A stretch of 64,000 nt of DNA from Octopus sinensis. Its lineage: Eukaryota. The notes under the pieces were generated by a model. It did not search any database, was not told the DNA's origin, and saw only the letters and a program-made list of their open reading frames with translations. The stretch covers positions 67,766,001 to 67,830,000 of the forward strand of contig NC_042998.1 of the NCBI RefSeq assembly GCF_006345805.1. The letters run 5' to 3'. A program made the position numbers and the translations under genes. This document shows positions 1 to 12,737 of this stretch, in pieces. Numbering within the stretch: position 1 is the first letter of the stretch; each line of letters begins with the position of its first letter.

Positions 1-20
1 GGACGAGTTATATATTTGTC

Positions 21-83
<63 letters not shown>

Positions 84-785
84 ATTTGAATAAACCAGCA
101 AAACCTTCGTTTTATCTTAATTTCTTCATTGTTCTTGGCGGACATGAAATCAGGACAACCACATTTGTTGTTGGTATAAACGGAACTTGAAGCTGCCTTC
201 ACACAAACTGATTAATCTTTTGTTTTTCTATTTTCGTCTATGTCCTCATGTTGAGATTCAGCCTTATTTGTAAGGCATTTGCTTACGTACTTATGATTAA
301 GAGAATAGTTTTCCTCCCTTCTCCATTTTCATTCGCTTTCCTTCGATATTGTGGCGGTTACCCTCACAGAATCGAATTTATATACTTTCAGCATTTTTTG
401 AGCATCTATAACTAACATTGATTGATACTCTATTTCTAACAAATATCTTGATATATAATTTATTATATTCCTATCGAAATGCAAATTGAAACATTGTTTT
501 AATTAAACTTTCTTGATTTATTTTTCTCTGGCTTTGCCATAGGAAGAGAAAATGATTCCATACCCTTTCCATGACCTCCATAACAAGTGGCAGGTGGAGA
601 GGATGTGCTCCTTAGACTAGAGAATGAATGCTTCCTACAGGCTCTTTTCTCTCTAAGAACAAATAACGTCCAGATAATAATGTTAAACTGTACGACTAAT
701 TAAATCTAAAAGAGAAGAAAAGAAATGGTTCCCACCTGCGACTCTCACGATTCCCTTACACAGCTTTCTCCACAAAGCATTAATC

Positions 786-990
786 CAGTGGTTCTCCATT
801 CTTTAACCCATTTGTTGTTTAGAAAATCCTATTATATTTCTATAATTGAATGTTATTAGTAATTGCATAGAATATCGTTACGATATTTCGTGTATTACAG
901 AAGTATAACATGTTTATGGCACATAAATTTTAACAACGAAATCTTATATGGACCCATAAAAGTCATATAGACTGTGGTTGAGAACAACTG
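786..990. mobile_element. hAT (Charlie-like) MITE
   Basis: Terminal inverted repeats CAGTGGTTCTC... / ...GAGAACAACTG; degenerate 8-bp flanks cattaatc / ctttaatt; AT-rich non-coding interior. Confidence 0.6.
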
Positions 991-1749
991 CTTTAATTAA
1001 ACCGAGTCTTTAGTAGAAGGGACAGGCTTAAGGTAAGGGCGGAACTCAAAACCATTTAACTATTTAGTACGGCTCTTTAAGGACAGAGCCATTCTTGTTT
1101 TGTGCTTTATGTAAATATTTGGCAATCAGTGTTACAGCTGATTCTGTGGGAGAATATCATATATCAATTAATTTTAGAAGATTAAAATATGTAGAGAATA
1201 TTGGAGAAAGTGCAACATCTATATGATGTATATGACATATTTACACAAACCCGCCCAAACAAATATGCGTGTGTATGTGTGTTTGCGTATGTGTGTGTAT
1301 GGATGTTTCGTTAAATAGATGACTATGCTCATATTTAATCATATTTATTTTAGATTTTTCCATATTATCTTATTAGCTTTTTACAATTGATTCGAATCAA
1401 TAGGCTTTCTAAATTCATATCCGGTGTTTCCAAACTCAAACATTTTCATTTTAAAGAATTTAATATATATGGCTTCTGAGTTCTCACAGAATTTAATACC
1501 AAAGATTTTCTAACCATCACACACACACACACATAGATATATAAGTGTGTGTGTGTGTGTGTACGATCATGCCGGGACGCCATCTTGAAAAAGTTTTAGA
1601 CGGATGAATCGAGCCCAGCAGTTATTTGATATGTGTGTGTTTGTGAGTGAGTATGAATGTATGTATGCTTGTATGTATGTATTTATTATGTGTGGGACAA
1701 AGGATAAAGATGTTTTCTTGGATTCCCTGACGTATATAATTTGCCCCAC

Positions 1750-1900
1750 TCTGGATGCGACGCTGGTCTATCACAGAGTCACTTATTTCTGCCGGCTGAG
1801 TCAATTGAATTATTCCGCACAAGCTCACAATGCACTGTACAGTCCAGGAATCGAAATCACAATATTACGACCATGAGTCCAACGCACAGACTCCTAAGCC
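1750..1900 (-). mobile_element. Degenerate tRNA-derived SINE (family D) fragment
   Basis: Similar to the 7330-7565 and 30215-30540 copies (ccaggaatcgaaatcacaatattacgaccatgag...aagccatacgcct). Confidence 0.5.
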
Positions 1901-1906
1901 ATACGC

Positions 1907-1940
<34 letters not shown>

Positions 1941-2299
1941 GAGCAAAACACCCCACTTCCAATGGAGTTGTCAAACATTTAAACCAAATTTTCTCAAACA
2001 ACTTGTCCGACTGTCGTATAGGCCTCCCCTTTGAGAAACACTGATTTAACCTAAATTTGAGACACAAACAAAAGAAAACAAAGATAGACTTTTTTTTCTA
2101 TTCCAAAGAAAAACCATTTAATTCACACAAATATGCAACCGAAGAGTTTAAAGTACCAGTAATGATAAGGTAGTTGACTGGGAGAACACAAACACGGTTT
2201 AAACAGTAAACTTGGCAGGAAAGAAACGTGCCTTTAAGCAGTACAAAAATAACAAAAAATGGAAGGTGCAGTTATGTACAGGTTGTAGGAAATCGATTT

Positions 2300-2654
2300 G
2301 GGGCGATTTTTGATAAAAAGCAACTACCTAGGGAACTAAGTAACTAATTTTAAGGTAACTTATTTTACGGGATGTTTGTGCATTATTTCAAGCCAGCCGG
2401 CTTTTTTGCGCAAACTGCATGTGCATTTTTCTCGCGTACACGTAGTATCGATCCTAACAGCTGATGTACTTGCACGTACAAATTCACGTTCCCACGGCTT
2501 TATCGATCGCATTCTCACCTGGAATCGATTTTTATAATTTTTTCAATACTTATACACGCCCTGATACAGTCGGTATCTACATATCAAATTTGAGCGCAAT
2601 CGGATGGAGGATACCCGAGATCCTAGAAGACACACAGACAGATATGATTTTATA

Positions 2655-2660
<6 letters not shown>
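2300..2660 (+). mobile_element. Possible non-autonomous Helitron/Helentron (HINE/Lep1-like) 3' end
   Basis: Ends in catatcaaatttgagcgcaatcggatg...acacacagacagatatgattttataatatata, which resembles the typical HINE/Lep1 tail; family call is from recall. Confidence 0.4.
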
Positions 2661-2702
<42 letters not shown>

Positions 2703-2707
<5 letters not shown>

Positions 2708-3290
2708 TGAGGACATTCAGAACCAGCAAAATGGAGGCCCGGCTACTCCTATGGAGGACTTCTATTCTCAGCCGCTTGGACTACTGCTCCCAACCAGGGT
2801 CCCCAGATAATATGAAACCAACTGTGGAACTCGAAGCAATCCAGCGCCAATACACAAAGAAGATTGACTCGATGCAAAAGTTAGGTCACTGAATCTCTAT
2901 TCCTTGAAGAGAAGACGAGAGAGATATGCCGTGATATATATTTGGAAGATCTTGGAGGGGATAGCTCCCAATTTTGAAATTGACAGCTATGCTAAACCTC
3001 GAACTGGGTAGCACTGTATCGTACCAAACATCCCGTTTTCCCTATCTAAAATAAGAACACACTACTGCAATAGTGGACTCGTTATTGTTCAACATGCTGC
3101 CAGGCAACCCCAAAGATCTACATGGTATTAAGGTGGAAGTTTTCAAGGAATGTCTGGACAGGTTTCTATCTGAGCTACCAGATGAAGCCACATCGCAGCA
3201 GGAGACACAAGGAAAAGCAGCTCCGTCCAACTCGCTACTTCACCAAAAATAAATACTGGTTTCAGCCCTGGGTTGAAACCAGTAAAAGAT
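2703..3290 (+). mobile_element. CR1/L2-type LINE, decayed ORF2 C-terminal fragment
   Basis: Translates with frameshifts to ILRTFRTSKMEARLLLWRTSILSRLDYCSQ...ELEAIQRQYTKKIDSM...LYSLKRRRERYAVIYIWKILEG, typical of the post-RT region of CR1/L2. Confidence 0.8.
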
Positions 3291-3554
3291 AAAAACTATA
3301 GGCATACATACATGCATATATACATTCTAACACACACAAACACACACACTTACGTATATTACATAGAAACACGCATTTGTTACCCATGATATACCAAGCA
3401 AACTATACTTTCACAGGAAAATCTTTTCTCTCACATTCACACCTTCCTGCCACTTTGACTTACTAAAACCCACAGTTAAATGACGAAGATTCAAATATAT
3501 GCACACATAAATATATCCTTGTAAACAGAGAGGGAAATGCATTCACACACTTAC

Positions 3555-3686
3555 CATTTCCTAGACTCACTGAACTGCAATCGTTCATTTGCGATTGTGC
3601 AGTCTTTGATTATTTAGATGAGACAATTCATCAACCCAGAATATTTGATGAAGCATTCGTTACAAGTCCAGTTTCCTGCCATCACT
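3555..3686 (-). other. Candidate spliced exon (UTR/lncRNA, or start exon encoding MNDCSSVSLGN)
   Basis: Acceptor TTTTTTTTATATTACAG and donor ATG|GTAAGT in unique sequence; 132 nt; all three frames contain stops, so it cannot be an internal coding exon. Confidence 0.3.
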
Positions 3687-3854
3687 CTGTAATATAAAAA
3701 AAAGTTGTATGAATTTTAAACGTTATCGTATCATGAACGTTTTAATGCTAAACAGTTTCTATAGAATTTCACTTGTGAAAGTTTCTAAACAACCGAATAA
3801 CGATTGCGATAAAATAAAATGAGATAATAATATGATAAAAATAGGGAGATAAGG

Positions 3855-4095
3855 TGACAGAAAAATGTTGAGTCAGTGGAATTTGGAATGAGACAGTGGC
3901 ACACATTGCTGCAGTATGTCCTAAGCTGGCGCCGGGAGAATCTAAGAAAAGACCAAGTTGTGAAAGTTTTACACTGGAAGCTTTGCCAAAAATGGGGATG
4001 TGAAGCTGGATGTACGAGTCGAAAGAGTGCTGGAGTTGGAGAAATGCAAAATTCTGTTGGATTTTCGAATTCAAATGGATAAAGAGATAGGAAAT
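3855..4095 (+). mobile_element. R4/Dong-type (RLE clade) non-LTR fragment: zinc knuckle and start of restriction-like endonuclease
   Basis: With frameshifts: ETVAHIAAVCPKLAP...KVLHWKLCQKWG...RVLELEKCKILLDFRIQMDKEI, matching the CCHC / HD..VHW / KILWDF.IQTD motifs of this clade. Confidence 0.7.
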
Positions 4096-4159
4096 AATAG
4101 ATGAGAAATAACAATAATAAGCAAGCAAAAACAAAGTTGTTTACTAATTGATCCATCAT

Positions 4160-4340
4160 GCCGTAGCAATATTTCGTCTGTCTTTACGTTCTGAGTTCAA
4201 ATTCCATCGAGGTCGACTTTGTCTTTCATCCTTTTGCGGTCGATAGATTAAGTACGTGTTGCATACTGGGGTCGATCTAATCGACTGTCACCCTCCCATA
4301 AAATTTCAGGTCTTGTTTCTAGAGAAGAAAAGTATTTTAT
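4160..4340 (+). mobile_element. SINE family B (tRNA head + Deu/Nin-like core)
   Basis: ttctgagttcaaattccatcgaggtcgactttgtctttcatcctt...ggtcgatagattaagtac, shared with many copies in the window. Confidence 0.75.
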
Positions 4341-4759
4341 TTAGGGTATATCTAATTTTATTTTTTCATATAACGGATCCCAAATCAGTCTCGCAAACCA
4401 CATGTTCATTATATTCCCTTTCATCAAGAAGTAGACACATCTGGTAACATTATATTCACTTACGAACATACACACACAAGTGCACCCATCTGTGAGTGTG
4501 TGTGTGTATATGTGTGTGTGAGAGAGAGTGAGAGAGAGTGAGAATGCGTGTGTGTTTGTGTATTAATATACTGAAAAGAAAAAAAGTTATATGATTAAAC
4601 AATTATATTCATTAACACACACCTGTTTCAGCTAAGAGAAATAACCTACCTAGTTGTACGATGTTTCCTGAAACTAAAACAGTCGTAACTTAATGACATC
4701 AATAAATAAGCCTTGTATTTTTACTGGATTTTTACTAGCTGAAGCAAGTATTAGGATAA

Positions 4760-4975
4760 AAGAATACTGGTTTCAAATTTTTACACAAGGCCAGCAAATT
4801 CAAGAGCGGGGCTAAGTCGGTTACATCGACTCCAGTACGTAACTGGTACTTATTTTATCGACACCGTAAAGCTGAAGGGCAAATTCAACCTCGGCGGGAT
4901 TTGATTCAGTATGTAAACACAGACGAAATGCCACTAACCCTTTTCTTCGGCGTGCTAACCATTCAGCCAGTTCGC
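4760..4975 (-). mobile_element. SINE family B
   Basis: Reverse complement of the family B consensus (actggtacttattttatcgacacc...gaagggcaaattcaacctcggcgg). Confidence 0.7.
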
Positions 4976-5329
4976 CAACTTAGATATATCATACATATTA
5001 TTTATAGATGCGCGCTAGTGTGGGCGCACGCGTGTGAGTGTTTAACTCGAAATTGTATTACAATACAACATAACCAACAAAAAAGTGCATCCACATTGAC
5101 AGGAAAACCATAATTGTCATCCCAACACACTACATTCTTATCAGAAATACACCTCCACTACTACCACGTCATCATCATCATCGTCCTTGTACGAAGATAT
5201 TCATTACACGAGTATATTTTCAACGGTATCTAGGCGACCTAGAGAAGGACGAAGTCGAAATTTTTCATTGCATTTAATATCTCAGCGGTGGTATTTTAGA
5301 ACCCAGCAAGTCCTGTCATAAGTGTGTCC

Positions 5330-5535
5330 AAATTTTAACAAAAGGCCAGCAATTTCGGGTGAGAATGTACGTCGATAACACCGACCCTAGTGTATAACTG
5401 TTATTCATTTTATCGACCCCGAAAAGACGAAAAGAGTAAAGTCGAGGTCGGTGAAATTTCAATTCAGAACATAAAGACGGACGAAATGTCCCTTAATATT
5501 TGGTTCGGCGTTCTAACGAGTCAACTAGCTGGCTA
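5330..5535 (-). mobile_element. SINE family B
   Basis: tttatcgaccccgaaaagacgaaaagagtaaagtcgaggtcggtgaaatttcaattcagaac is the reverse complement of the family B core. Confidence 0.7.
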
Positions 5536-6564
5536 CCTTAACAAGTCTTATATTGTCAACTGCGAATCAATTTTGATTCGCGAACATGCTTAAACGCATG
5601 TGATTTGGCTCAAGAAAAGGTGGAATTTGAGTATTGGGTTTGAATAGATTGATCTTATATAAAGAGTTATTAATGGATTCTGATGTGTGAATGTGGAGAT
5701 TGAACTCTAGCCCTCTCTATTGTTAGTCAGGTAATGCATCACCTTTGACATTTCTCTTGCACACGTATGCGACAGTTATAATGGGAATTCTAAGCAGTCA
5801 AAGTAACCAGTTAAATACTTCGTAAGAAATCAATGTTTTAATATGTGTGACGAGATAATACCCCAAACAAGACGTGTTGTCTGGAAGAAAGGAAAGACAG
5901 ACAACCATGCAGCTATACAGACACACTAGCCTTACGTTCAGATCAAAGAGGTGACTTTATCATAAAATTACTTGGAAATGGAAACCAAAATAGAATAGCA
6001 TTTTAGAATTCGTTTGAAATGGAAAGCGAAATGGAGATTAACGATGAGAAAATAAAAAGGAATGTACTATTTCCATGGAACAGGAAGTCACTACCTACAT
6101 GTAGATTGTCTATTAGACATATTTCCTTTCTCCGAAATACATAATAGTCATCATTTGCTAATATAGACGCAAAACCAATGTATTTTTTAGCTAGTTGCTT
6201 TTCACTGTAATACAGCGAGATTTTCCCGAGTGATTTAACAATGGAAATCATAGAAAAATAGATAGGCATAGGTTTATATTGCAATATAAGAGATTTGATG
6301 TATATTAATATATGTTTTACATAGTGCAGACATTACCTGATGCAGAATGGAATTCAATACGTTGTATGTAGAATGGATATTTATGTTAATTATATCAAAA
6401 AGTGACTGCCTAATTTGATTTTCGGCATTGGTTCGGTTTTTCGTGTGTTTGTGTGTGAGTGTGTGTTAGCGTGTGTGTGTGTTTGTATAAGTGCGTGTGT
6501 ATCAGAGCTACGAAGTAGATAAAGCTATAAATAACAGCGAGGACAACAGTATTGGGTTCATATA

Positions 6565-6602
<38 letters not shown>

Positions 6603-7329
6603 CACATACATATATACATACATACATAAATACATACATACATACATAAATACATTGCATGCAAATATATATATATATGTGCATATGACTGTATGTATAT
6701 ATAGACACACGTGCACACATACACGCGCACACACACACGCACAATCACACACACATAATCACACACACACACACACATACATATGTGTATATAGATATGT
6801 ATAGTGGTAGGTTGGCCTTTTACTCACTCCTCGATTTCGTCAGCTTGTTGAATCTTCAGTGATAATGTGGCTTATTTGAGTCTTTTCCGCATCTCATTCC
6901 TAACAACGCTGCTAATCTGGTGCCCTTAATTATAATTCACTTCTTTATTGCTGATCTCCTTTAAGTATTTTAACTCACGTCCATTGTCCGAAAATCTTTT
7001 GTCACACATCTGTGACCTCTTCAGCGACACTTTTCGTTTTCGTGTTGGTTTTTTGCTCCGCTTACTTCATCCTGTTCTTCAAGGGACTTCTAATAGAATG
7101 GAATAAGTGGAGCAAGAACACATTCGAAAACGAAAATTGTTGCTGAAGAAGTTACAGATACATGACGAAAGATTTCCGGAAAATGGTCATGAATTAAAAT
7201 ATTTAAATAAGAACAGTAATAAACGAGTGAAAAAATGTATAGTGCATGTGTTTATTTGGCAAAAAAGGAAAACAGTAACCGTCCCGAAATACAATAATAC
7301 ATATATATTTAAAATAAAATAAATGCGCC

Positions 7330-7565
7330 CTTTTTAAAGCCTAGCCAGGCTCATGGGCCCGGTTTCTAGGGCATGTATATTCCCCAGCTGGACGGGACGC
7401 CGGTCCATCACAGCGTTACTCCTCTTTGCCAGCTGAGTGGACTGGAGCAACGTGAAACGAAGTGTTTTGTTCAAGAATACAACGCGTCGCGCGGTCCAGG
7501 AATCGAAACTACAATCTTACGATCATGATGCTGTCAACCTAACCACTAAGCCACGCGCCTCCACT
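7330..7565 (-). mobile_element. tRNA-derived SINE family D (CORE/Meta-like central domain)
   Basis: Reverse complement has an A-box/B-box head gcgtggcttagtggttagg...gtttcgattcctgg, then ttcttgaacaaaacactt...gctccagtccactcagctggc. Confidence 0.75.
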
Positions 7566-7580
7566 ACAAATATATATATA

Positions 7581-7622
<42 letters not shown>

Positions 7623-7709
7623 TTATATATATATATAATATATATATATATATATAGATATATATATATATATATATATATATAGATATATAGATAGATA
7701 GATAGATAT

Positions 7710-7775
<66 letters not shown>

Positions 7776-7776
<1 letters not shown>

Positions 7777-8053
7777 TTAAATTAGAGACAAAACCACTAT
7801 TAGGCAAATCAAACAATGAAAAACTGAAGCCAATACATAAGATTATTATATTTATATTATTTAAATATATAACAAAATTATTAAAAAATATAATTAATAT
7901 CACACTACGATCGTTTCATGCCTGCTAACTTCTTCAAATTTTTGAGTCGCAGTCATTCATCAGGTGGTTTAAATATTTATCTTGGCGAGGTTTAAACAAA
8001 CAAAGTTTTTCATTGTTTGATTTGCCTAATAGTGGTTTTGTCTCTAATTTAAT
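7776..8053 (-). repeat. Short foldback element (perfect 50-bp inverted arms) enclosing a hammerhead-like motif
   Basis: 7776-7825 is the exact reverse complement of 8004-8053. Minus strand 7903-7967 reads ACCAC-CTGATGA-ATGACTGC..GCAGGCAT-GAAACGATC-GTAGT. Confidence 0.6.
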
Positions 8054-8134
8054 ATAACATAATATTTTACTATAAAATTGGATTCAATCCTAAATCTGAT
8101 TTTTCCCTGTAAGTTTGAATTTATTCCCTAATAT

Positions 8135-8234
<100 letters not shown>

Positions 8235-8280
8235 ATATAATATAATATATATTATATATATATATATATAAACATATATT

Positions 8281-8312
<32 letters not shown>

Positions 8313-8659
8313 ATTGTCTATATGACTGGGGGCAGGTGTCCTTATTGTTAGAGTGTTCTGCTCACGTTCTTGCCATCGTGGTTTCCATTCCTTGGATTCG
8401 AACACGACAATCAAAATTTTCGGAAAAAATGATGTCGACATACTTGAGTCTAGATCTGAGTTTTAAAGACAACTAATACTAGTCATGTGATTTATTTCCT
8501 TTTTCTGTCTTTCTTTTTTATATTATATATTTAACCAATCCAGTACTGTAGATAAACGTAGTGGAATGAATATAAGTACTGGACTAAAATCGGTATAAAG
8601 TCATTTTCCCCATTAACATTTATCGACGTTCGTCTGTTATGCAAATCATTATGCTAATA

Positions 8660-8870
8660 TTATCAACAACAGAATCGTTAGCACGCTAGTTGAAATGCTT
8701 AGCGATACTTCGCTCGTCGATACGTTCTGAGTTCCAATTCCGCCGAGATCGACTTTGCCTTTCATCCTTTCGGGGTTTATAAATTAAGCACCAGTTGCGT
8801 ACTGTAGTCGATCTAATCGATTGGCCCCTTCCCCAAATTCCAGGCGTTGTGCCTATAATAGAAAGGATTT
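8660..8870 (+). mobile_element. SINE family B
   Basis: agaatcgttagcacgctagttgaaatgcttagcg...ttctgagttccaattccgccgagatcgactttgcctttcatcctttcgggg. Confidence 0.8.
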
Positions 8871-10163
8871 TTATCGACAACATTATTGACACAAATGTAC
8901 ATTTGAAGTTAGTATCACTGCATTTGTTTGACTAATATGTCTACAATTTATGTCTGTGTATTTTCCTCGAAAATATACAGGCTACAATTAGCCCAAAGTC
9001 AATCCAGCTGGTATTGTTGCATGTACTGCCTTTTCTTTAATTATTTTAGATGCCAATGTATTCGAGAGTACACCTCTCGGCTTCCACACTCTTTGACCTA
9101 GCAAAATATCTAGGTTGTGCAGGAGGAAGAAATGGCTGCACCATTATCCGGTTCTTACTCATTGCAGCTGGACAGACTGGAATGGCGTGAAATGGTCTGC
9201 CATGGTCAAAGAAACTGCGCAGTGCCGCGTTCAGATATCGAAACACAAATCTACGAACATGAACGGACCGGCCTAACTCCTAGGCCATACGACTTCACAC
9301 TTTCAATTAGTATCCGTAAATGAAAATATAGTTTTGTTGATCTAACAGGAATTTATTGAAATGGTTGAAACGATTTGATAAACTTCAATGTATGTCTGCA
9401 GCTTATTTTATAGACAAGGATGGCAGGTAAACTGAAAGGTTGGAGGGATTTGAGCGGCAATGTTCACCTCGGTGGCACATCTCAATTTTCTCGAAATCTC
9501 CTATAAACAGCAATCAAAATGTTCTCACATTACACCCACCCATCATAAAATGAAGGAAACATTGCTTATTATATTCCTAGTAACATATGTCTGAATGAAA
9601 CTTGTCCATCGTACCAAATAAAAAATTGTCACATCAGTTTCTATCATCGCGATGCATTCTGATATGAAGTTGACGTTGAAATGAAAGATGCCAAAGCTGT
9701 TAAATGCTACAAGCACTCAACCAAACAACAGTATGAGGAATCAATCATTCAATCTTTTAGAAATACCAGCCATAATGTGAAGTAACGAAAATCGTAAACA
9801 TGTGATAAAGCATGTCTGGATATATAGATACACGAGATGTTTTTAACTCGAACATCTTTCATCATAATATATAATTGCCAACAAAGTGTGGCAAACGATA
9901 CGGGACAGTGCTACTGATGTTTATAGCCACAGGAACACATCTCTTTCAGCTGGCTCACGACACACATTCTGTGTCCAATTAGTATTTGCGAGGGGAAGTC
10001 ATCGCTCACATCCCTAGCTTTACGCACTCGAGTTTCTGGGTGCTTACCCGTCCTCAGCGTGTGTTAATCACCAGTTAGTGATGAAAACTCACCCCACTCG
10101 CAAAATACTATATACTTTTTCCCGCAACGAACCGTCGCTGATCTCGAAAAAGGAGAAATAAGC

Positions 10164-10398
10164 TATATTAAATCTCTGAGCGAGGTATAAACAGTAGCAA
10201 TACGGAATCATAACATATAATTGCCAACCAAGTGTGGAGACCTGTACGGGACTGTGCTACTGGCGTTTATAGCCCCAGCCAGCTGGAAGAGATGTCTTCC
10301 TAGCGGTAAAAACGCCAGTAGCACTCTCCCGTATAGGATGCCACACTTGGCTGACAATTTTATGCTACTGTTTACATATCGCTCATAGATTTAATATA
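10164..10398. mobile_element. Foldback MITE, with a partial direct copy at ~9860-9955
   Basis: Arms tatattaaatctctgagcga...acagtagca / tgctactgt...tcgctcatagatttaatata, and the interior is also self-complementary. Segment tataattgccaac..aagtgtgg..acggga..gtgctactg recurs at 9865. Confidence 0.65.
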
Positions 10399-10518
10399 TC
10401 TTTGATCATGTTTGATCATTCAAACGTTTGACCTAGTTATTCAGTTGTAGCACATAACACCAACGTTATAGAGGTCTATGTTACCTTATATATGTATATA
10501 ACTATAAATAAAATAGAT

Positions 10519-10598
<80 letters not shown>

Positions 10599-11209
10599 TG
10601 TATATCATGTATCACTTAGTTTAAAAGTAAATACACTCTCATATCTAAAATTAAATAATTATTGAACCTTATTTTCTGTGTTCAATTGTAAAGCATTATA
10701 AAGAAATATTTCATCATAAAAAGCTATTTGTGCGAATATAGATATCAATTCGCTCTCCAATGGCAAACATAGTCATAAGTGTGTAAACTGTTGGCGTCAT
10801 AAGTATTATTCTGCTTAAATTAACATTTGTAACACAAACAATAGACTTGCCTAGCAGTCAATATGTTTAAAAGCTAAATTATCTCTGCTAGCATTATACA
10901 TTAATCACGTTGTATTTAAAACCGAAGTGTGTAGAAAGATATCATAATTAACAAGATGGTGAAGAAGATCTCCACCTTAAATACTTAAATATATAAGAGG
11001 CTGGCGTCTTATTAGAAGAGGAAATAATCCAAACGCTGGTAATTTATCAAGTTTAATGTCAAACTTGAAATTTATAATAGGAAGCAGAGAAAATTGATAC
11101 ACAACATACGCACAGTACTGTCCCCGGTTTCTGTTCAGAAAGCTCAAGATGTAAGTTATTGTTTGAGGTTTTAATTGTTTAATAATATCGCTAATGGCAA
11201 TAATAATAA

Positions 11210-11640
11210 TGAGAAAACGAAGAAGACGAAGAAGAAGAAGAAGAAGAAGAAGACGAAGAAGAAGAAGAAGAAGAAGAAGAAGACGAAGAAGAAGAAGAAG
11301 AAGAAGAAGAAGAAGAAGAAGGACAACAACAACAACAAACAACAACGGCAATAATAAAAGTAACAGGACAATGAAAAGGACGAAGACGAAGGAGGAAAAG
11401 TATACGAAGTAAAACAACAACAACAGCAACAACAAAACCATAAAGAATATAAAGAAACATAACAACGAGGACAAGGATGCGTCTGTATATGTGTGGAGAG
11501 GGAGGCGAAAAATAATGTGAAGGGAAAAAAGGATGGAAACGCTGATGATGGTGGTGCCGACGTCGACGACGATGTTCACATCGGATATGGCGACGATGAC
11601 AACGTTGGCTTTAATGACAGTCATAATAAGGAGGAAGGAA
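11210..11640. repeat. Compound (GAA)n/(CAA)n/(GAT)n microsatellite
   Basis: Direct reading; explains ORFs 10977-11687, 11171-11371, 11191-11460 and 11194-11412. Confidence 0.9.
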
Positions 11641-11844
11641 ATATACTGAAGAAAATATTCAAAGCTGACAATTAGAAGAGATTTCAAATAACCATCAATT
11701 TAAGGATGTTGCTGTTTGGTCTCCGATAAACATTGATTATCTAGAATTTACTTTGATCAAATGGTATTCCAACACAGAACATCCAGTGTACTTTCTGTTT
11801 CTTGTTTTGAATGTTTTTTCAAATATAGTAAGGCGGCGATCTGG

Positions 11845-12009
11845 CAGGCGTAGGAGTGGGTGTGTGGTAAGTAGCTTCCTTACGAACCAAATGGTTCCAG
11901 GTTCAATACCACTGCATGGAACCTTGGGCAAGTGTCTTCTATTATAGCCTCGGGCCGTCCAAAGCCTTGTGAGCGGATTTGATAGATGGAAACTGAAAGA
12001 AGCCCGTCG

Positions 12010-12042
<33 letters not shown>

Positions 12043-12245
12043 ATGTGTGTCTGTGTTTGTCCCAACATCGCTTGATAACCGATGCTGCTGTGTTTACATC
12101 CCCGTAACTTAGCGGTTCGGCAAAAGAGCCTGATAGAGTAAGTACTAGGCTTACAAAGAGTACGTCCTGGGATTGATTAGTTCGACTAAAGGCGGTGCTC
12201 CAGCATGGCCACAGTCAAATGACTGAAACAAGTTAAAGAGTAAAG
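11845..12245 (+). mobile_element. SINE family A (OR-like octopus tRNA-derived SINE), full length, nested in a family B SINE
   Basis: Head ggcgtaggagtgggtgtgtggtaagtagc...ggttcaataccactg, CORE-like ccttgggcaagtgtcttc, internal (TA)n, tail taaagagtaaagagta. Family B head at 11830-11846; family B body resumes at ~12250-12440. Confidence 0.8.
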
Positions 12246-12737
12246 AGTACACCGGGCGAAATGCTTAGCGGTATTTCGTCTGTCTTTACATTCTGAATTC
12301 AAATTCCGCCGAGGTCGACTTCGCCTTTCATCCTTTCGGGTTCGATATATTAAGTACGTGTTGCCTACGGAGGTCGATCTAATCGACTGAGCCCTCCGCC
12401 AAAATTTCAAGCCGTGTGCCTAGAGTAGAAAATAATTCTTTTTCAAATATAGTTTATTTTAGTACCAAGGACAACTTTGCTTTAAATTGGTATGGTGTAG
12501 TGTTAAGAAAATATTGCTGCTATTTTCAACTGGTTTTCAACCAAGTCATGCGTCCTTTGTGAGCTCGTAAGATTTTAAATTTGAAGATAATTAATTGAGA
12601 CTCAAAAAAATTGACAGAAAGTAGAATTCCTTCAAGTACAACAGCTCTTTCTGTAGTTCTAATTTCAATAATCAAATTTTTAACCTCCAGCATTCCAATT
12701 CTAAGAAAAGCTGTCTTTGGAACTAAGATAAACTAGA

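Noticed and set aside
6410-6804. The many YI/CV/HT/YLSI-repeat ORFs here and throughout the window (e.g. 7523-7903, 22983-23583, 33683-34305, 45146-45612, 60738-61594)
   Set aside because: Translations of (TA)n, (CA)n, (TAGA)n and (TATG)n tracts.
10977-11687. 236-aa hydrophobic ORF resembling a membrane protein
   Set aside because: It is the reverse reading of (GAA)n/(CAA)n microsatellites (poly-L/V/F) and has no domain features.
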